Assembly: GCA_036004525.1 (NCBI GenBank)
Contig: DASYRJ010000017.1
Coordinates: forward strand, 3,853-67,852
Direction: 5' to 3'
DNA from: Gemmatimonadales bacterium
GTDB taxonomy: Bacteria; Gemmatimonadota; Gemmatimonadetes; Gemmatimonadales; GWC2-71-9
Length of the DNA stretch: 64,000 bases
Below, piece after piece: positions 17,701 through 27,004 of this stretch. Under the pieces are notes generated by a model that had not been told where the DNA came from, did no database searches, and was given only the letters and a program-made list of their open reading frames with translations. Numbering within the stretch: position 1 is the first letter of the stretch; the number at the start of each line of letters is the position of its first letter. A program made the translations under genes and the position numbers.

Positions 17701-18906
17701 TCAGGCCCGATACACGATGCGGCCGGCGAGCACCGTCAACCGGGCGGTAAGGGGCGGTAAGAGACGGGAAGGGGCGGTAGAGGCAAACACTACGAGGTCT
17801 GCCGCCTTCCCGACGTCCAGTGAGCCGATCTCGCCTTCCCAGCCGAGGGCCCGGGCGCCGTCGATCGTGAGCGCGCGGAGGGCTTCCTCCCCCGCCAGTC
17901 CCGCCGCCTGAGTCTCGGCCCACAGATCGAGGTCAGGGACGCTCACCACGGAGTCCGTCCCGATGCCGACGGGGACGCCCGCCGCGCGAAGCGCCGCCGC
18001 GGGCGCGACACCGTGGCGGTGGGCGGCGTTGGACCGGGGGCAATGAGCAATCGTGGCCCCGGCCTGCCGGAGCAGGGTGATATCCGTCCCGTCCACCTGC
18101 ACGCAGTGAATGCAAAGAGTTCCACGTTGTAGGACGCTACGTTGTACGAGGTAGGCGACCGGCGAGCAGTTTCGCGCCTCGACTGCGATCCCGCGTGCCC
18201 GGAGGGCGTCGGCGAAGGGGCCGGCGCCGTCCCGCACGAGCTGCGTCTCCTCCCGGGACTCCGCCAGGTGCACCGCCATCGGCAGACGCTCGCGCCGGGC
18301 GAACGCGGCGACCGCTTCGTACAGCGGCGCGCTGACCGTGTACGGTGCGTGGGGGGAAACGCCGGGCTTCAGTTGCGAAGTTGCAAGACGGCGAAGTTTC
18401 AAGACGGCGGCCTCGAGCTCCGACATGCTCGGAGCGAGCTTGGCAGGGTCGGGACCGAACACCTCCTGAAAGACCATGCCGCGGCCGTGGAGATCGTGCA
18501 GCGCACGCATCACCGCGCCCGTACTGCCGGTCTCCGCGACGCACGTGACCCCCCGCGCCCAACAGTCCTTCAGGCCCGCCACTGCCGCTTCGTAGAATGC
18601 TTCGATCGGGGTCGCGTCCTTCAGCTCGCGGATCCGGCGGATCCACGGCCAGAAGTCGGGCTCGGCGTTCTGGCCGCCGAGATGCGTCAGCTCGAGGTGT
18701 GTGTGACAGTTGACGAGGCCGGGGACGAGCACGGCGTCGCGGAACTCGACGACGTCCGTCTCGGAAGGGGTGGGGACGTACGCGTGGGGACCGACGGCGG
18801 CGATCCGGCCGGTGCCATCCACGAGAACGGCGCCGTCCTCGATCGGCGGCGCCGTTACTGGGTGGACGACGCCGGCTCGTATTCTCAGCGCACGCTGCGA
18901 AGTCAT
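17701..18906 (-). CDS. Metal-dependent amidohydrolase (5'-deoxyadenosine/aminodeoxyfutalosine deaminase-like)
   Basis: PGLVNCHTHLE, SPHAPY, HLAES, HCV, HCPRSN, GTDS; contains repeat insertions. Confidence 0.8.
   Translation of the reverse strand: MTSQRALRIRAGVVHPVTAPPIEDGAVLVDGTGRIAAVGPHAYVPTPSETDVVEFRDAVLVPGLVNCHTHLELTHLGGQNAEPDFWPWIRRIRELKDATPIEAFYEAAVAGLKDCWARGVTCVAETGSTGAVMRALHDLHGRGMVFQEVFGPDPAKLAPSMSELEAAVLKLRRLATSQLKPGVSPHAPYTVSAPLYEAVAAFARRERLPMAVHLAESREETQLVRDGAGPFADALRARGIAVEARNCSPVAYLVQRSVLQRGTLCIHCVQVDGTDITLLRQAGATIAHCPRSNAAHRHGVAPAAALRAAGVPVGIGTDSVVSVPDLDLWAETQAAGLAGEEALRALTIDGARALGWEGEIGSLDVGKAADLVVFASTAPSRLLPPLTARLTVLAGRIVYRA
17741..17780. repeat. Tandem 10-mer GGGGCGGTAA inside the amidohydrolase CDS
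   Basis: cgggcggtaa ggggcggtaa gagacgggaa ggggcggtag, read as STAPSRLLPPLTAR. Confidence 0.7.
18124..18148. repeat. TACGACGC/TACGTTG family fragment inside the amidohydrolase CDS
   Basis: acgttgtaggacgctacgttgtacg matches the 38714 hairpin arm. Confidence 0.7.
18371..18408. repeat. AAGTTGCG/AGACGGCG family fragment inside the amidohydrolase CDS
   Basis: agttgcgaagttgcaagacggcgaagtttcaagacggc resembles the 18929 hairpin. Confidence 0.65.
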
Positions 18907-18928
18907 CAGCGTCAAGCTAGAAGAGCCA

Positions 18929-18986
18929 AGAGAAGTTGCACAGACGGCGAAGTTGCGAAGTACTTTGCCGTCTGCGCAACTTCTCT
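18929..18986. repeat. 25-bp stem hairpin (AAGTTGC family), intergenic
   Basis: agagaagttgcacagacggcgaagt / actttgccgtctgcgcaacttctct, 2 mismatches, 8-nt loop. Confidence 0.85.
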
Positions 18987-19019
18987 AACGACTCAGACCT
19001 TGAGACTCCGAGCTTGGAG

Positions 19020-21245
19020 TTACGGCGTGATGCCCACGCCGAACGGCGGGTGCACGGGGCAGACCTGCGTCGGCTCGGTCCCCGGGTAGAACCACTCCCA
19101 ACGCCGCACCTCCAGGGGACAGAACGGCGTCGCCAGGTAGCCGTTCGACCAGTCCACCTCGCGGGTGATCAGCGAGTCGGGCCGGCCCCAGTCGGGGGGC
19201 GCCGGGCGCCGCTCGTAGACGTCGCGCATGAACTTGGTCCACGCGGGCGCCACGATCCGGCCGCCGCCCGCGTTGGCCATGATGCGCTGCTGCAGATCGT
19301 AGCCGATCCAGATACCGGCGACGATCTCGGGCGTGAACCCGACGAACCAGGCGTCGGTGTAGTCGTCGGTGGTTCCGGTCTTGCCGCCCATGGGCACGCG
19401 CAGTCCGGCCACGGCGCCGGCCGCGGTCCCGCAGCGGTTGACCCCCGTCCCCGGCTGGCAGCGCATCACGTCGCGCAGCATGTCGAGCATGAGCCAGCTG
19501 TGCTCGGGGTCCATGACCGGCTCTTTCTGGACCGTCGACTGGTAGAGAATGGTCCCCTGCCGGTCCTCGATGCGCTGGATGCCGATCGGCACGACGCGCG
19601 TGCCCAGGTTCGCGAAGGCGGTGTAGGCCGCGATGATCTCGAGCGGCTTCACGCCCTTCGCGCCGATGTGGATCGAGGGATAGGGCGGCAACGCCGTCGT
19701 GATTCCGTAGCGGCGCACCTCGCCGATGACCGTCTGCTCGCCCAACGCCATCCCCAGCTTGATGGTGGAGAGGTTGCGTGAGAGGTAGAGCGACATCCGC
19801 ATCGGGATTGCGCCGAGCGTGGTGTCGTCGTAGTCCTTCGGCTGCCACAGCGAGCTGTCGAGCTGGATGACCGGCGGGTTGAGGGGCGAGTCGTCCAGCA
19901 TCGTGTCCACGGGCCATCCGGCGCGGACCGCCGCCGAATAGACGAACGGCTTGAAGGTGGAGCCGGGGGGGCGGACCGACTGGGTGGCGCGGTTCCACTT
20001 CGAGTCCACGAAGTCGCGGCCGCCGACCATCGCGAGGATGTTGCCCGTCTTGGCGTCGAGCGCCACCAACGCGCCCTGCAGGTAGGGTGAGAACGGGCCT
20101 TGATCCTCGCCCGACGCCCGCCCCCGCTCGATGTACTCGCGGTAGGTCGAGCGCCCCTCGAACTTGCCGTTCGAGTACACACCCGCCTCGATTTCGTCGA
20201 GCTGCGACTGCAAGGCCCGCTCGGCGGCCTCCTGCATGTCCAGGTCGAGCGTCGTGTAGATGCGCAGGCCCTTCTCGTACAGATCGCGGCCGAACCGGGG
20301 CCCGAGGAAGTCGGTCCGCAGCCACTCCACGAAATAGGGCGCGACGTCCCCGTAGCTCGTTCGCCGCGAGGTCAGGACGAGCGGATAGGCCTTCCACTGC
20401 TCGGCATCCTCGGGCGTCAGGAATCCCTGCTCGCGCATCAGACCGAGGACGATGTTGCGGCGGGCCACCGCGCGGTCGGGGTGGGTCCGCGGGTTGTACG
20501 TGCCGGGCGCCTTGGGGAGCGCGGCGAGGGTCGCCGCCTCCGCCACGTTCAGGTCGCGCGCCGACTTGCCGAAGAACACCTGCGCCGCCGCCTCGACGCC
20601 GAAGATGTTCGGGCCGAGCCCGATCTGGTTCAGGTACAGCTCGAGGATCGTGTCCTTGGGGAAGTTCCGCTCCAGCTCGACCGCGACCCGGGCCTCCTTG
20701 AGCTTCCGCGTCGGGGTCTTCTCCCGGCTGATCTGGTCGGGGAAGACGTTGCGCGCCAGCTGCATCGTGATCGTCGAGAAGCCCTCGGCCCACGAGAGGG
20801 AGAGGATGTCGGCCTTGAGCGCGCCCAGCACGCGCAGGTAGTCGATGCCGTGGTGCGAGTAGAAGCGCTTGTCCTCCACCGCGATGAACGCCTGCCGCAC
20901 GTGCAGGGGCATCTCGGCGAGCGGGACGACCGTGCGCCGCTCGATGCCCAGCTCGGTGATCAGCCGGCCGTCGGCCGCGAACACCTTGGACGTCTGCTGC
21001 GGCCCCTGGGACCCGATGATGCGGGAAATGCTGGGGCAGCGCTCGGCGGCGCAGACCCGGGTCCACGACCCGTAGCCGAGGCCCCCGGTGAACAGGCAGG
21101 CGAGGGCGGCGCCCGTCGCGACCTGCTTGCGGTGGTGCGGCTGCCGCCACCAGCTCCGCAGCAGCGACAGGCCGAAGGGAGCGGCAGGCGCGGACGGGCG
21201 GAGGGCGGCGGAGGACGGAGCGGGGGGGCGGATCGGCGCGGCCAT
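19020..21245 (-). CDS. Class A penicillin-binding protein (PBP1A family)
   Basis: TG motifs EDKRF..H.G, G.STITMQL, RKLKE, LELYLN; TP motifs STFK, SRN, KTG. Confidence 0.92.
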   Translation of the reverse strand: MAAPIRPPAPSSAALRPSAPAAPFGLSLLRSWWRQPHHRKQVATGAALACLFTGGLGYGSWTRVCAAERCPSISRIIGSQGPQQTSKVFAADGRLITELGIERRTVVPLAEMPLHVRQAFIAVEDKRFYSHHGIDYLRVLGALKADILSLSWAEGFSTITMQLARNVFPDQISREKTPTRKLKEARVAVELERNFPKDTILELYLNQIGLGPNIFGVEAAAQVFFGKSARDLNVAEAATLAALPKAPGTYNPRTHPDRAVARRNIVLGLMREQGFLTPEDAEQWKAYPLVLTSRRTSYGDVAPYFVEWLRTDFLGPRFGRDLYEKGLRIYTTLDLDMQEAAERALQSQLDEIEAGVYSNGKFEGRSTYREYIERGRASGEDQGPFSPYLQGALVALDAKTGNILAMVGGRDFVDSKWNRATQSVRPPGSTFKPFVYSAAVRAGWPVDTMLDDSPLNPPVIQLDSSLWQPKDYDDTTLGAIPMRMSLYLSRNLSTIKLGMALGEQTVIGEVRRYGITTALPPYPSIHIGAKGVKPLEIIAAYTAFANLGTRVVPIGIQRIEDRQGTILYQSTVQKEPVMDPEHSWLMLDMLRDVMRCQPGTGVNRCGTAAGAVAGLRVPMGGKTGTTDDYTDAWFVGFTPEIVAGIWIGYDLQQRIMANAGGGRIVAPAWTKFMRDVYERRPAPPDWGRPDSLITREVDWSNGYLATPFCPLEVRRWEWFYPGTEPTQVCPVHPPFGVGITP

Positions 21246-21287
21246 CTTGGCTACAACCTAGTCAGGGCGCTCTGCGCTTGCCAGCGC

Positions 21288-21316
21288 TTGCCAGTATACG
21301 GGGCGCTTCGTACGAT
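21288..21316 (+). promoter_or_regulatory. Sigma70-like promoter for tyrS (TTGCCA-17-TACGAT), probably leaderless
   Basis: -35 at 21288-93, -10 at 21311-16, ATG 8 nt later, no SD; overlaps tandem gcgcttgcca x2 (21274-21293). Confidence 0.55.
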
Positions 21317-21324
21317 TCGCGGCC

Positions 21325-22581
21325 ATGGCCGACCTCCTCACCGAACTCGAGTGGCGCGGCTTCGTGCAAGAGGCGACGCCGGGCCTGGATGCCCACCTCG
21401 CGCGCGGACCGGTGACGGCGTATTGCGGGTTCGATCCGACCGCGTCCAGTCTCCAGGTGGGCAACCTGATGCCGTTGATGCTGCTCGCGAACCTGCAGCG
21501 GCACGGCCACCGGCCGATCGTGTTGATGGGCGGCGGCACCGGCATGATCGGCGACCCCTCCGGCAAGGACCGGGAACGTCCGCTGCTCTCGAAAGACGAG
21601 ATCAAGGAAAACGTGCGACGCCAGCGGGACCAGGTGGCGCGGTTTCTGGAGTTCGGCGCAGGCCCGACGGCGGCGTTGCTGCTGGACAACGCCAAATGGC
21701 TGGTCGAGCAGCGGTTGATCGATTTCCTGCGGGACGTCGGCAAACATTTCACCATCAACGTGATGCTCCAGAAGGAATCCGTTCAGGCGCGCATGCAGGC
21801 CGGGCTGTCCTACACCGAGTTCAGCTACATGTTGCTCCAGGCATACGACTTCCTGCACCTCTATCGCGAGCGGCAGTGCACGCTTCAGGTGGCGGGGAGC
21901 GATCAGTGGGGGAATATCACCGCGGGCGTCGAGCTGATCCGACGGGTGGAGAACGCCGAGGTGCACGGTCTCGTCGCGCCGCTCGTGACGCGGGCGTCGG
22001 GCCAGAAATTCGGCAAGACCGAGAGCGGTGCGATCTACCTCGATCCGGCGCTCACGTCACCGTACAAGTTTTACCAGTTCTGGATCAACGTGGACGACCG
22101 CGACGTGGCCGCGTACCTCAGGCTGTTCACCCTGAAGCCGCGCGCGGAGATCGACGACCTGCTCGCCCGCCACGCGAAACAGCCGGCGGCGCGCGAGGCG
22201 CAGGTCGCGCTGGCGCAGGACGTGACGATCCGGGCGCACGGCCCCGACGCCGCAGCGAGCGCGGCGGCGGCAGCGGGGATCCTGTTCGGCGACTTCGACC
22301 CGCGGCGCGCCGACGCGCGCACCGTGGCCATCCTGGCGCAGGAGATCCCCACGACCGCGGTCGCACGGAACGAGCTGACGCTCGTGGACGCCGTGGTGCG
22401 GGCGGGCCTCGCCAAGTCGAAGAGCGAAGCCCGCCGCGCCATCGAGCAGGGCGGTATCTACGTCAACCAACAGCGCGCGCAGGACGCCGAGCGCACGATC
22501 GGCGACGGCGACTGGATCGCGGGCGCCAGCCTCCTCCTCCGCAAAGGCAAGAAGGACTACGCGCTGCTCAAGGCCGAGTGA
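21325..22581 (+). CDS. tyrS: Tyrosine--tRNA ligase
   Basis: YCGFDPTA.SLQVGN, QAYDF, GSDQWGNI, KFGKT, C-terminal S4 domain. Confidence 0.96.
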   Translation: MADLLTELEWRGFVQEATPGLDAHLARGPVTAYCGFDPTASSLQVGNLMPLMLLANLQRHGHRPIVLMGGGTGMIGDPSGKDRERPLLSKDEIKENVRRQRDQVARFLEFGAGPTAALLLDNAKWLVEQRLIDFLRDVGKHFTINVMLQKESVQARMQAGLSYTEFSYMLLQAYDFLHLYRERQCTLQVAGSDQWGNITAGVELIRRVENAEVHGLVAPLVTRASGQKFGKTESGAIYLDPALTSPYKFYQFWINVDDRDVAAYLRLFTLKPRAEIDDLLARHAKQPAAREAQVALAQDVTIRAHGPDAAASAAAAAGILFGDFDPRRADARTVAILAQEIPTTAVARNELTLVDAVVRAGLAKSKSEARRAIEQGGIYVNQQRAQDAERTIGDGDWIAGASLLLRKGKKDYALLKAE

Positions 22582-23054
22582 TGGATCGACGCATCCGGCT
22601 GCTGCTCGAGATGTTCGACCAGGCCTATGCGAGCCCGGCGTGGCACGGCACGCCGCTCTCGGGAACGCTGCGCGGAGTCACGGCGCGTGAGGCGCTGTGG
22701 CGCCCGCGGCCCGGCCGGCACAACATCTGGGAGCTGGTCCTGCACACGGCGTACTGGAAGTGCCAGGTCCGCCGACGCCTGCTGCGCGATCCGGACATCC
22801 ACTTTCCCCGGGCCGGGGCCAATTGGCCGGCGCTCTCGCCGCGGCCTGACGACGCCGCCTGGAAGCGCGATCGGGCGCTCCTGGCGGAGCAGCACGCGCT
22901 GCTGCGCCGCGCGATCGTGCGGGTCGAGCCCGCGCAGCTCGGCCGCCGCGCCTGGCGCTCGCGGTGGACCAACGCCCAAAACATCTACGGCATCGCGTCG
23001 CACGATCTGTATCATGCAGGGCAGGTTCAGTTGATCAAGCGACTCATGAAATAG
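22581..23054 (+). CDS. DinB/YfiT family protein
   Basis: AWHG, HNIWELVLH..YW, HDLYHAGQ. Confidence 0.85.
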   Translation: MDRRIRLLLEMFDQAYASPAWHGTPLSGTLRGVTAREALWRPRPGRHNIWELVLHTAYWKCQVRRRLLRDPDIHFPRAGANWPALSPRPDDAAWKRDRALLAEQHALLRRAIVRVEPAQLGRRAWRSRWTNAQNIYGIASHDLYHAGQVQLIKRLMK

Positions 23055-23055
23055 A

Positions 23056-23112
23056 AGGCGTTGTACGACGCTACGACGCTACGTTTTGTGCGTACAACGT
23101 GGCGTCGTACAA
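23056..23112. repeat. TACGACGC-family hairpin element
   Basis: Arms ttgtacgacgctacg (23061-75) and cgtggcgtcgtacaa (23098-112); just after a TAG stop. Confidence 0.85.
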
Positions 23113-23129
23113 TCTAGAACGGATCCGTC

Positions 23130-23780
23130 ATGTTCATCGGCCACTACGCTCTCGGCTTCGCGGCGAAACGCCTGGCGCCCCGCACGTCGCTCGGCACGCT
23201 GTTCGCCGCGCCGACCCTCGCCGATCTGCTGTGGCCGGTGTTCCTCCTGCTCGGGTGGGAGCAGGCGCGCGTCGTTCCGGGGCCCAATCCGTTCCTCAAC
23301 TTGTGGCTCGACAACATTCCCATCTCGCACAGCCTCCTGACTCTGATCGGGTGGGGCGTGCTGTTCGGCTATCTGTACCGGACGCGCACCGGGTACGCGC
23401 GTGGCGCGCTCGTCGTGGGGCTGCTCGTCGTGAGCCACTGGGTGCTCGACGTCGTCACCCACCGCCCCGACATGCCGCTCTACCCGAGCAGTGTGAAGGT
23501 CGGGCTCGGTCTGTGGAACTCGGTGGCCGGCACGCTGATCGTCGAAGGGCTGCTGTTCATCACCGGCATGGTGATCTACATGCGGACCACCCGCCCGCGG
23601 GACGGCATTGGGCGCTGGGGCTTCTGGGCGTTCATCGTCGTACTGGTGGGGTCCTACGTGAGCACGCTGTTCGCGCCACCGCCGACGAACATGACCGCGG
23701 TCGCCGTCTTCGGGATCGTGTTCGGGTGGCTGTTCGTGCTGGTCGGCTGGTGGGTTGATAAACATCGAGAGGCGTTATAG
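23130..23780 (+). CDS. Membrane protein, metal-dependent hydrolase (YdjM-like) superfamily
   Basis: MFIGH, D.LWP, SHSLL, SHWVLD...HRPD; multiple TM segments. Confidence 0.7.
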   Translation: MFIGHYALGFAAKRLAPRTSLGTLFAAPTLADLLWPVFLLLGWEQARVVPGPNPFLNLWLDNIPISHSLLTLIGWGVLFGYLYRTRTGYARGALVVGLLVVSHWVLDVVTHRPDMPLYPSSVKVGLGLWNSVAGTLIVEGLLFITGMVIYMRTTRPRDGIGRWGFWAFIVVLVGSYVSTLFAPPPTNMTAVAVFGIVFGWLFVLVGWWVDKHREAL

Positions 23781-23832
23781 GACGCTACGACGGTGCGTTG
23801 TACGTATGACGTAACGACGTAACGTCGTACAA
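23770..23832. repeat. Degenerate TACGACGC-family element
   Basis: aggcgttataggacgctacgacg is 21/23 identical to 23056-23078; same cgtcgtacaa end. Confidence 0.8.
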
Positions 23833-23838
23833 CACACA

Positions 23839-25026
23839 TCACGTCGCGTCGTCGAGCACCTCGACGACCTTTTCCATCTCCTCGACCGTGTTATAGACAT
23901 GCGGCGATAGCCGGATCGCGCCCTCGCGCAGGCTGCACACGATGCGGGCGCGCTTCACCGCATGGAACGCCTCGGCGGCCTTGGGCGGGGCCACGCACAG
24001 GATCGCCGAGCGGTGGCGTTCCTCGAGCGGCGACACGATCCGCACCCCGTTCTCCTGCGCCCATTTCACGACCGGCTCGTGCGCCGCGCGCGTCACCTCG
24101 GCGATGTCGCGGATCCCGATCTCCAGCAGCAGCCCGAGCGACTCGGTCATCCCGAAGAAATCCTGGAACGGCAGGGTGACCATTTCGAAGCGGCGCGCGT
24201 CGGCGCGGAAGGTGGGGTTGTACTCGGTGAGGCGGGAGAAGTCGTCGGTCCCTTCGAACGCCATCCAACCGGTGATGGCGGGCTCGAGCGAGGCGATCAG
24301 CTCCTTGCGCACGTATACGAACCCCGAGCCCCACGGCGAGAGCAGCCACTTCTGGCCGCCGCAGGCGAGGATGTCCACCGGCGTCTCGCGCAGGTCGAGG
24401 ACCGAGTTCCCCACGCCCTGGATGCCGTCCACCACCAGATACGTCCCGTTGGCGCGGCAGGCCGCGCCCAGCTTTTTCAGGTCGGCGCGGTAGCCGTTCG
24501 AGAACTGCACGAACGACACGGCGAGCACCCGCACGCGGGGATCGCGCAGGCGCTCGAGCAGGTGCTCTTCGTCGGGCCAGCCCTCCGGCCCGCACCGCGC
24601 CATCTCCACGGTGATGCCCCGTTTCTTGAGCAGCAGCCACGGATAGACGTTGGCCGGGAACTCCTTGTCGGACAGCAGCACGATCTCGCCGGGCTGGAGG
24701 GGAAGCGCGCGGGCGGCGAGGTGCAGGCCGAAGCTCGTGTTGGTGGCGAGGGCGATCTCCGACGGGTCGGCGTTGAGGAGCTGGGCCAGGCCGAGCCGCG
24801 CCGCGGCGAGCCCCGCGAACAGCTCGCGATCGGGGAGCAGGTGCGGCGCCGTACGCTTGGCGGTGAACTGATCGAGGGCCCGGCGGGTGCGCTCGGGGAT
24901 GGGGCCGATGCTGGCGTTGTTCAGGTAGACGGTGTCGGCGGTCCAGGGGAACTCGGCCGCGCGCAGCGCGCGGAAGCTCTCGCGCAGGGCGCGCACGCGC
25001 GTCGGATGATACGCGATGTCGGTCAT
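23839..25026 (-). CDS. Class V PLP-dependent aminotransferase/cysteine desulfurase-like
   Basis: YLNNASIGP, NTS.G, EFPANVYPW, VDGIQ, GGQKWLL, IRLSPHVYN. Confidence 0.88.
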   Translation of the reverse strand: MTDIAYHPTRVRALRESFRALRAAEFPWTADTVYLNNASIGPIPERTRRALDQFTAKRTAPHLLPDRELFAGLAAARLGLAQLLNADPSEIALATNTSFGLHLAARALPLQPGEIVLLSDKEFPANVYPWLLLKKRGITVEMARCGPEGWPDEEHLLERLRDPRVRVLAVSFVQFSNGYRADLKKLGAACRANGTYLVVDGIQGVGNSVLDLRETPVDILACGGQKWLLSPWGSGFVYVRKELIASLEPAITGWMAFEGTDDFSRLTEYNPTFRADARRFEMVTLPFQDFFGMTESLGLLLEIGIRDIAEVTRAAHEPVVKWAQENGVRIVSPLEERHRSAILCVAPPKAAEAFHAVKRARIVCSLREGAIRLSPHVYNTVEEMEKVVEVLDDAT

Positions 25027-25862
25027 GCGGCGCGACCCCGGACGTCCAGCGCGTCGCGCAAGCCGTCCCCCAAGAGATTGAGGCCCAGCACCGCGACGCC
25101 GATCGCGAGTCCGGGAACGAGCGACACCCACGGCGCGACGCGGAGCAGGTCGCGCCCTTCGGCCACCATCGCGCCCCACGACGGCGTGGGCGGCTGGGCG
25201 CCCAGCCCGATGAACGACAGTGCCGCCTCGGCCATGATCGCCCCGCCGATGCCCAGGGTGGCGGCGACGATGACGGGGGCGACGACGTTGGGCAGGAGGT
25301 GGTGCGCGATGATGCGCAGGTCCGACGCGCCCAGGGCGCGCACCGCCTGCACGTACTCGAGGCCGCGCACCACGAGCACCTGCCCCCGCACCAGCCGCGC
25401 CATCCCGGCCCAACCCACGAGGCCGATCACCACGAACACGACGGGGAGCGACGGTTTGACGGCCGCCGCGATCGCGATCAGCAGCAGCAGCGAGGGAAAG
25501 GCGAGCGTCACGTCGGCGGCGCGCATCACCAGGCCGTCCACCCAGCGCCCGTAGTAGCCCGCGACGAGACCGAGCGTCACGCCCAGGGCCAGCGCGATCC
25601 CCTGGCTGATGAGACCCACCGCCAGCGAGAGACGCGCGCCGTACAACACGCGCGACAAGACGTCCCGGCCCTGCGCGTCGCTGCCGAGGAGAAAGGCGCG
25701 CGAGGGCGTCACGAGGCTCGCCGCGAGGTCGCCCCGGAACGGATCGCCCGGCGCGAGCCACGGCGCGGCGACGGCCGCGATCGCCAGCACGGCGACGATC
25801 GCGAGCCCGGAGCGGGCCCAGCGATCATGTGCGAGTCGGGTCCAGACGAGTGGCGCCGGCAT
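25023..25862 (-). CDS. Peptide/nickel ABC transporter permease (OppC/DppC-like)
   Basis: LGSD..GRDVLSRVLYGARLSL, EAA-loop region (EYVQAVRALGAS..RII..HLLPN), EAALSFIGLG. Confidence 0.9.
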   Translation of the reverse strand: MPAPLVWTRLAHDRWARSGLAIVAVLAIAAVAAPWLAPGDPFRGDLAASLVTPSRAFLLGSDAQGRDVLSRVLYGARLSLAVGLISQGIALALGVTLGLVAGYYGRWVDGLVMRAADVTLAFPSLLLLIAIAAAVKPSLPVVFVVIGLVGWAGMARLVRGQVLVVRGLEYVQAVRALGASDLRIIAHHLLPNVVAPVIVAATLGIGGAIMAEAALSFIGLGAQPPTPSWGAMVAEGRDLLRVAPWVSLVPGLAIGVAVLGLNLLGDGLRDALDVRGRAA

Positions 25863-25918
25863 GGGGGACCCGACTACGTTACTCGGACGTTCACCCTCCG
25901 GGCAAGCGGACACACGAC

Positions 25919-27004
25919 GTGAAGCGGGACACACCATTCACCCTGGTGCTGGGCGGCGGCGGCATGAAGGGCCTCGCCCACATCGGGGTACTCCAGGCGC
26001 TCCTCGAGCGCGGCCTCCGGCCCACGCGCATCGTCGGCTCGAGCGTCGGCGCGCTGGTGGGCGCGGCGTGGGCCGGCGGCATGGGCCTCGCCCGGCTGCG
26101 CGAGATCGCCCTGTCCTTGAAGCGCAAGGACGTGTTCGCCGTGGCGCACGCCGACATGGCGTTCAAGCGGATGCACTCCCCCGCCCTGTTTCGCCGCGAG
26201 CCGCTCGAGCAGCTGATCCAGCGGCTCGTGGGCGAGGCCACGTTCGCGCAGCTCGACCCGCCCGTCGTGGTCAGCACGGTGGACATCAACTCCGGGATGC
26301 AGGTCTTCTGGGGCCTTCCCGGCCTCGACGACATCCGGGTCGCGGACGCCGTGTTCGCCTCGTGCGCGCTCCCGGGCTACCTGCCGCCGCACGAGATCGC
26401 CGGGCGCTTCTACGTGGACGGGGCGGTCGTGGCCAACCTGCCGTTCCCCGCCGCGCGCGCCCTGGGGGGCGAGCTGATTCTCGCGGTGGACGTGTCCGCC
26501 TCGAGCGCGTTCCGCGCCGACACGCAGGACGAGGGCTTCGCCGGGGTGTTCGCACGCGCCACCGAGATCCTGATGGAGTCGCTGCTCGAGATGCGGTTCA
26601 AGACGTGGACCACGCCGCCCATCTACTACGTCCACCCCCGCGTCGAGCACGTCTCGCTGTTTTCGTTCGACCACCTGCGCGAGGTGGTGGAGGAGGGGTA
26701 CCGCTCCACGATCGCGGCGCTCGACCGCCCCGAAGAGTGGCCCGCGCCGGGAGAAGAAGGAGTATTCCCGAAGCGCCGCGTGGTGGTGCGGGTGGAGCGC
26801 GACCGGTGCATCGGCTGCGGGGCATGCCTGGTCCACGCACCGCAGGGGATGTTCGTACTGGACGCCGAGCGCAAGGCGGTGGTGACGCAGGCGGAGCAGG
26901 ACTGGTCGCCGGTCGACGGCGGATTCATCCGCCACTGCCCGACCTACGCGATCACCGCGCGGCCGACGGCGCAGGCGAGCGAAACGCTGCGTCGATCCGG
27001 ATGA
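25919..27004 (+). CDS. Patatin-like phospholipase with a C-terminal ferredoxin-like domain
   Basis: GGGGMKG, GSSVG, DGA; C-terminal CIGCGAC...CPTYAI. Confidence 0.85.
   Translation: MKRDTPFTLVLGGGGMKGLAHIGVLQALLERGLRPTRIVGSSVGALVGAAWAGGMGLARLREIALSLKRKDVFAVAHADMAFKRMHSPALFRREPLEQLIQRLVGEATFAQLDPPVVVSTVDINSGMQVFWGLPGLDDIRVADAVFASCALPGYLPPHEIAGRFYVDGAVVANLPFPAARALGGELILAVDVSASSAFRADTQDEGFAGVFARATEILMESLLEMRFKTWTTPPIYYVHPRVEHVSLFSFDHLREVVEEGYRSTIAALDRPEEWPAPGEEGVFPKRRVVVRVERDRCIGCGACLVHAPQGMFVLDAERKAVVTQAEQDWSPVDGGFIRHCPTYAITARPTAQASETLRRSG

Noticed and set aside
21246..21324. T-box riboswitch upstream of tyrS
   Set aside because: Only about 80 nt of divergent intergenic space, and the promoter-like hexamers sit right before the ATG.
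25919..27004. Patatin as a CBASS/defence effector
   Set aside because: No CD-NTase or other defence genes adjacent; the context is glycosyltransferases.
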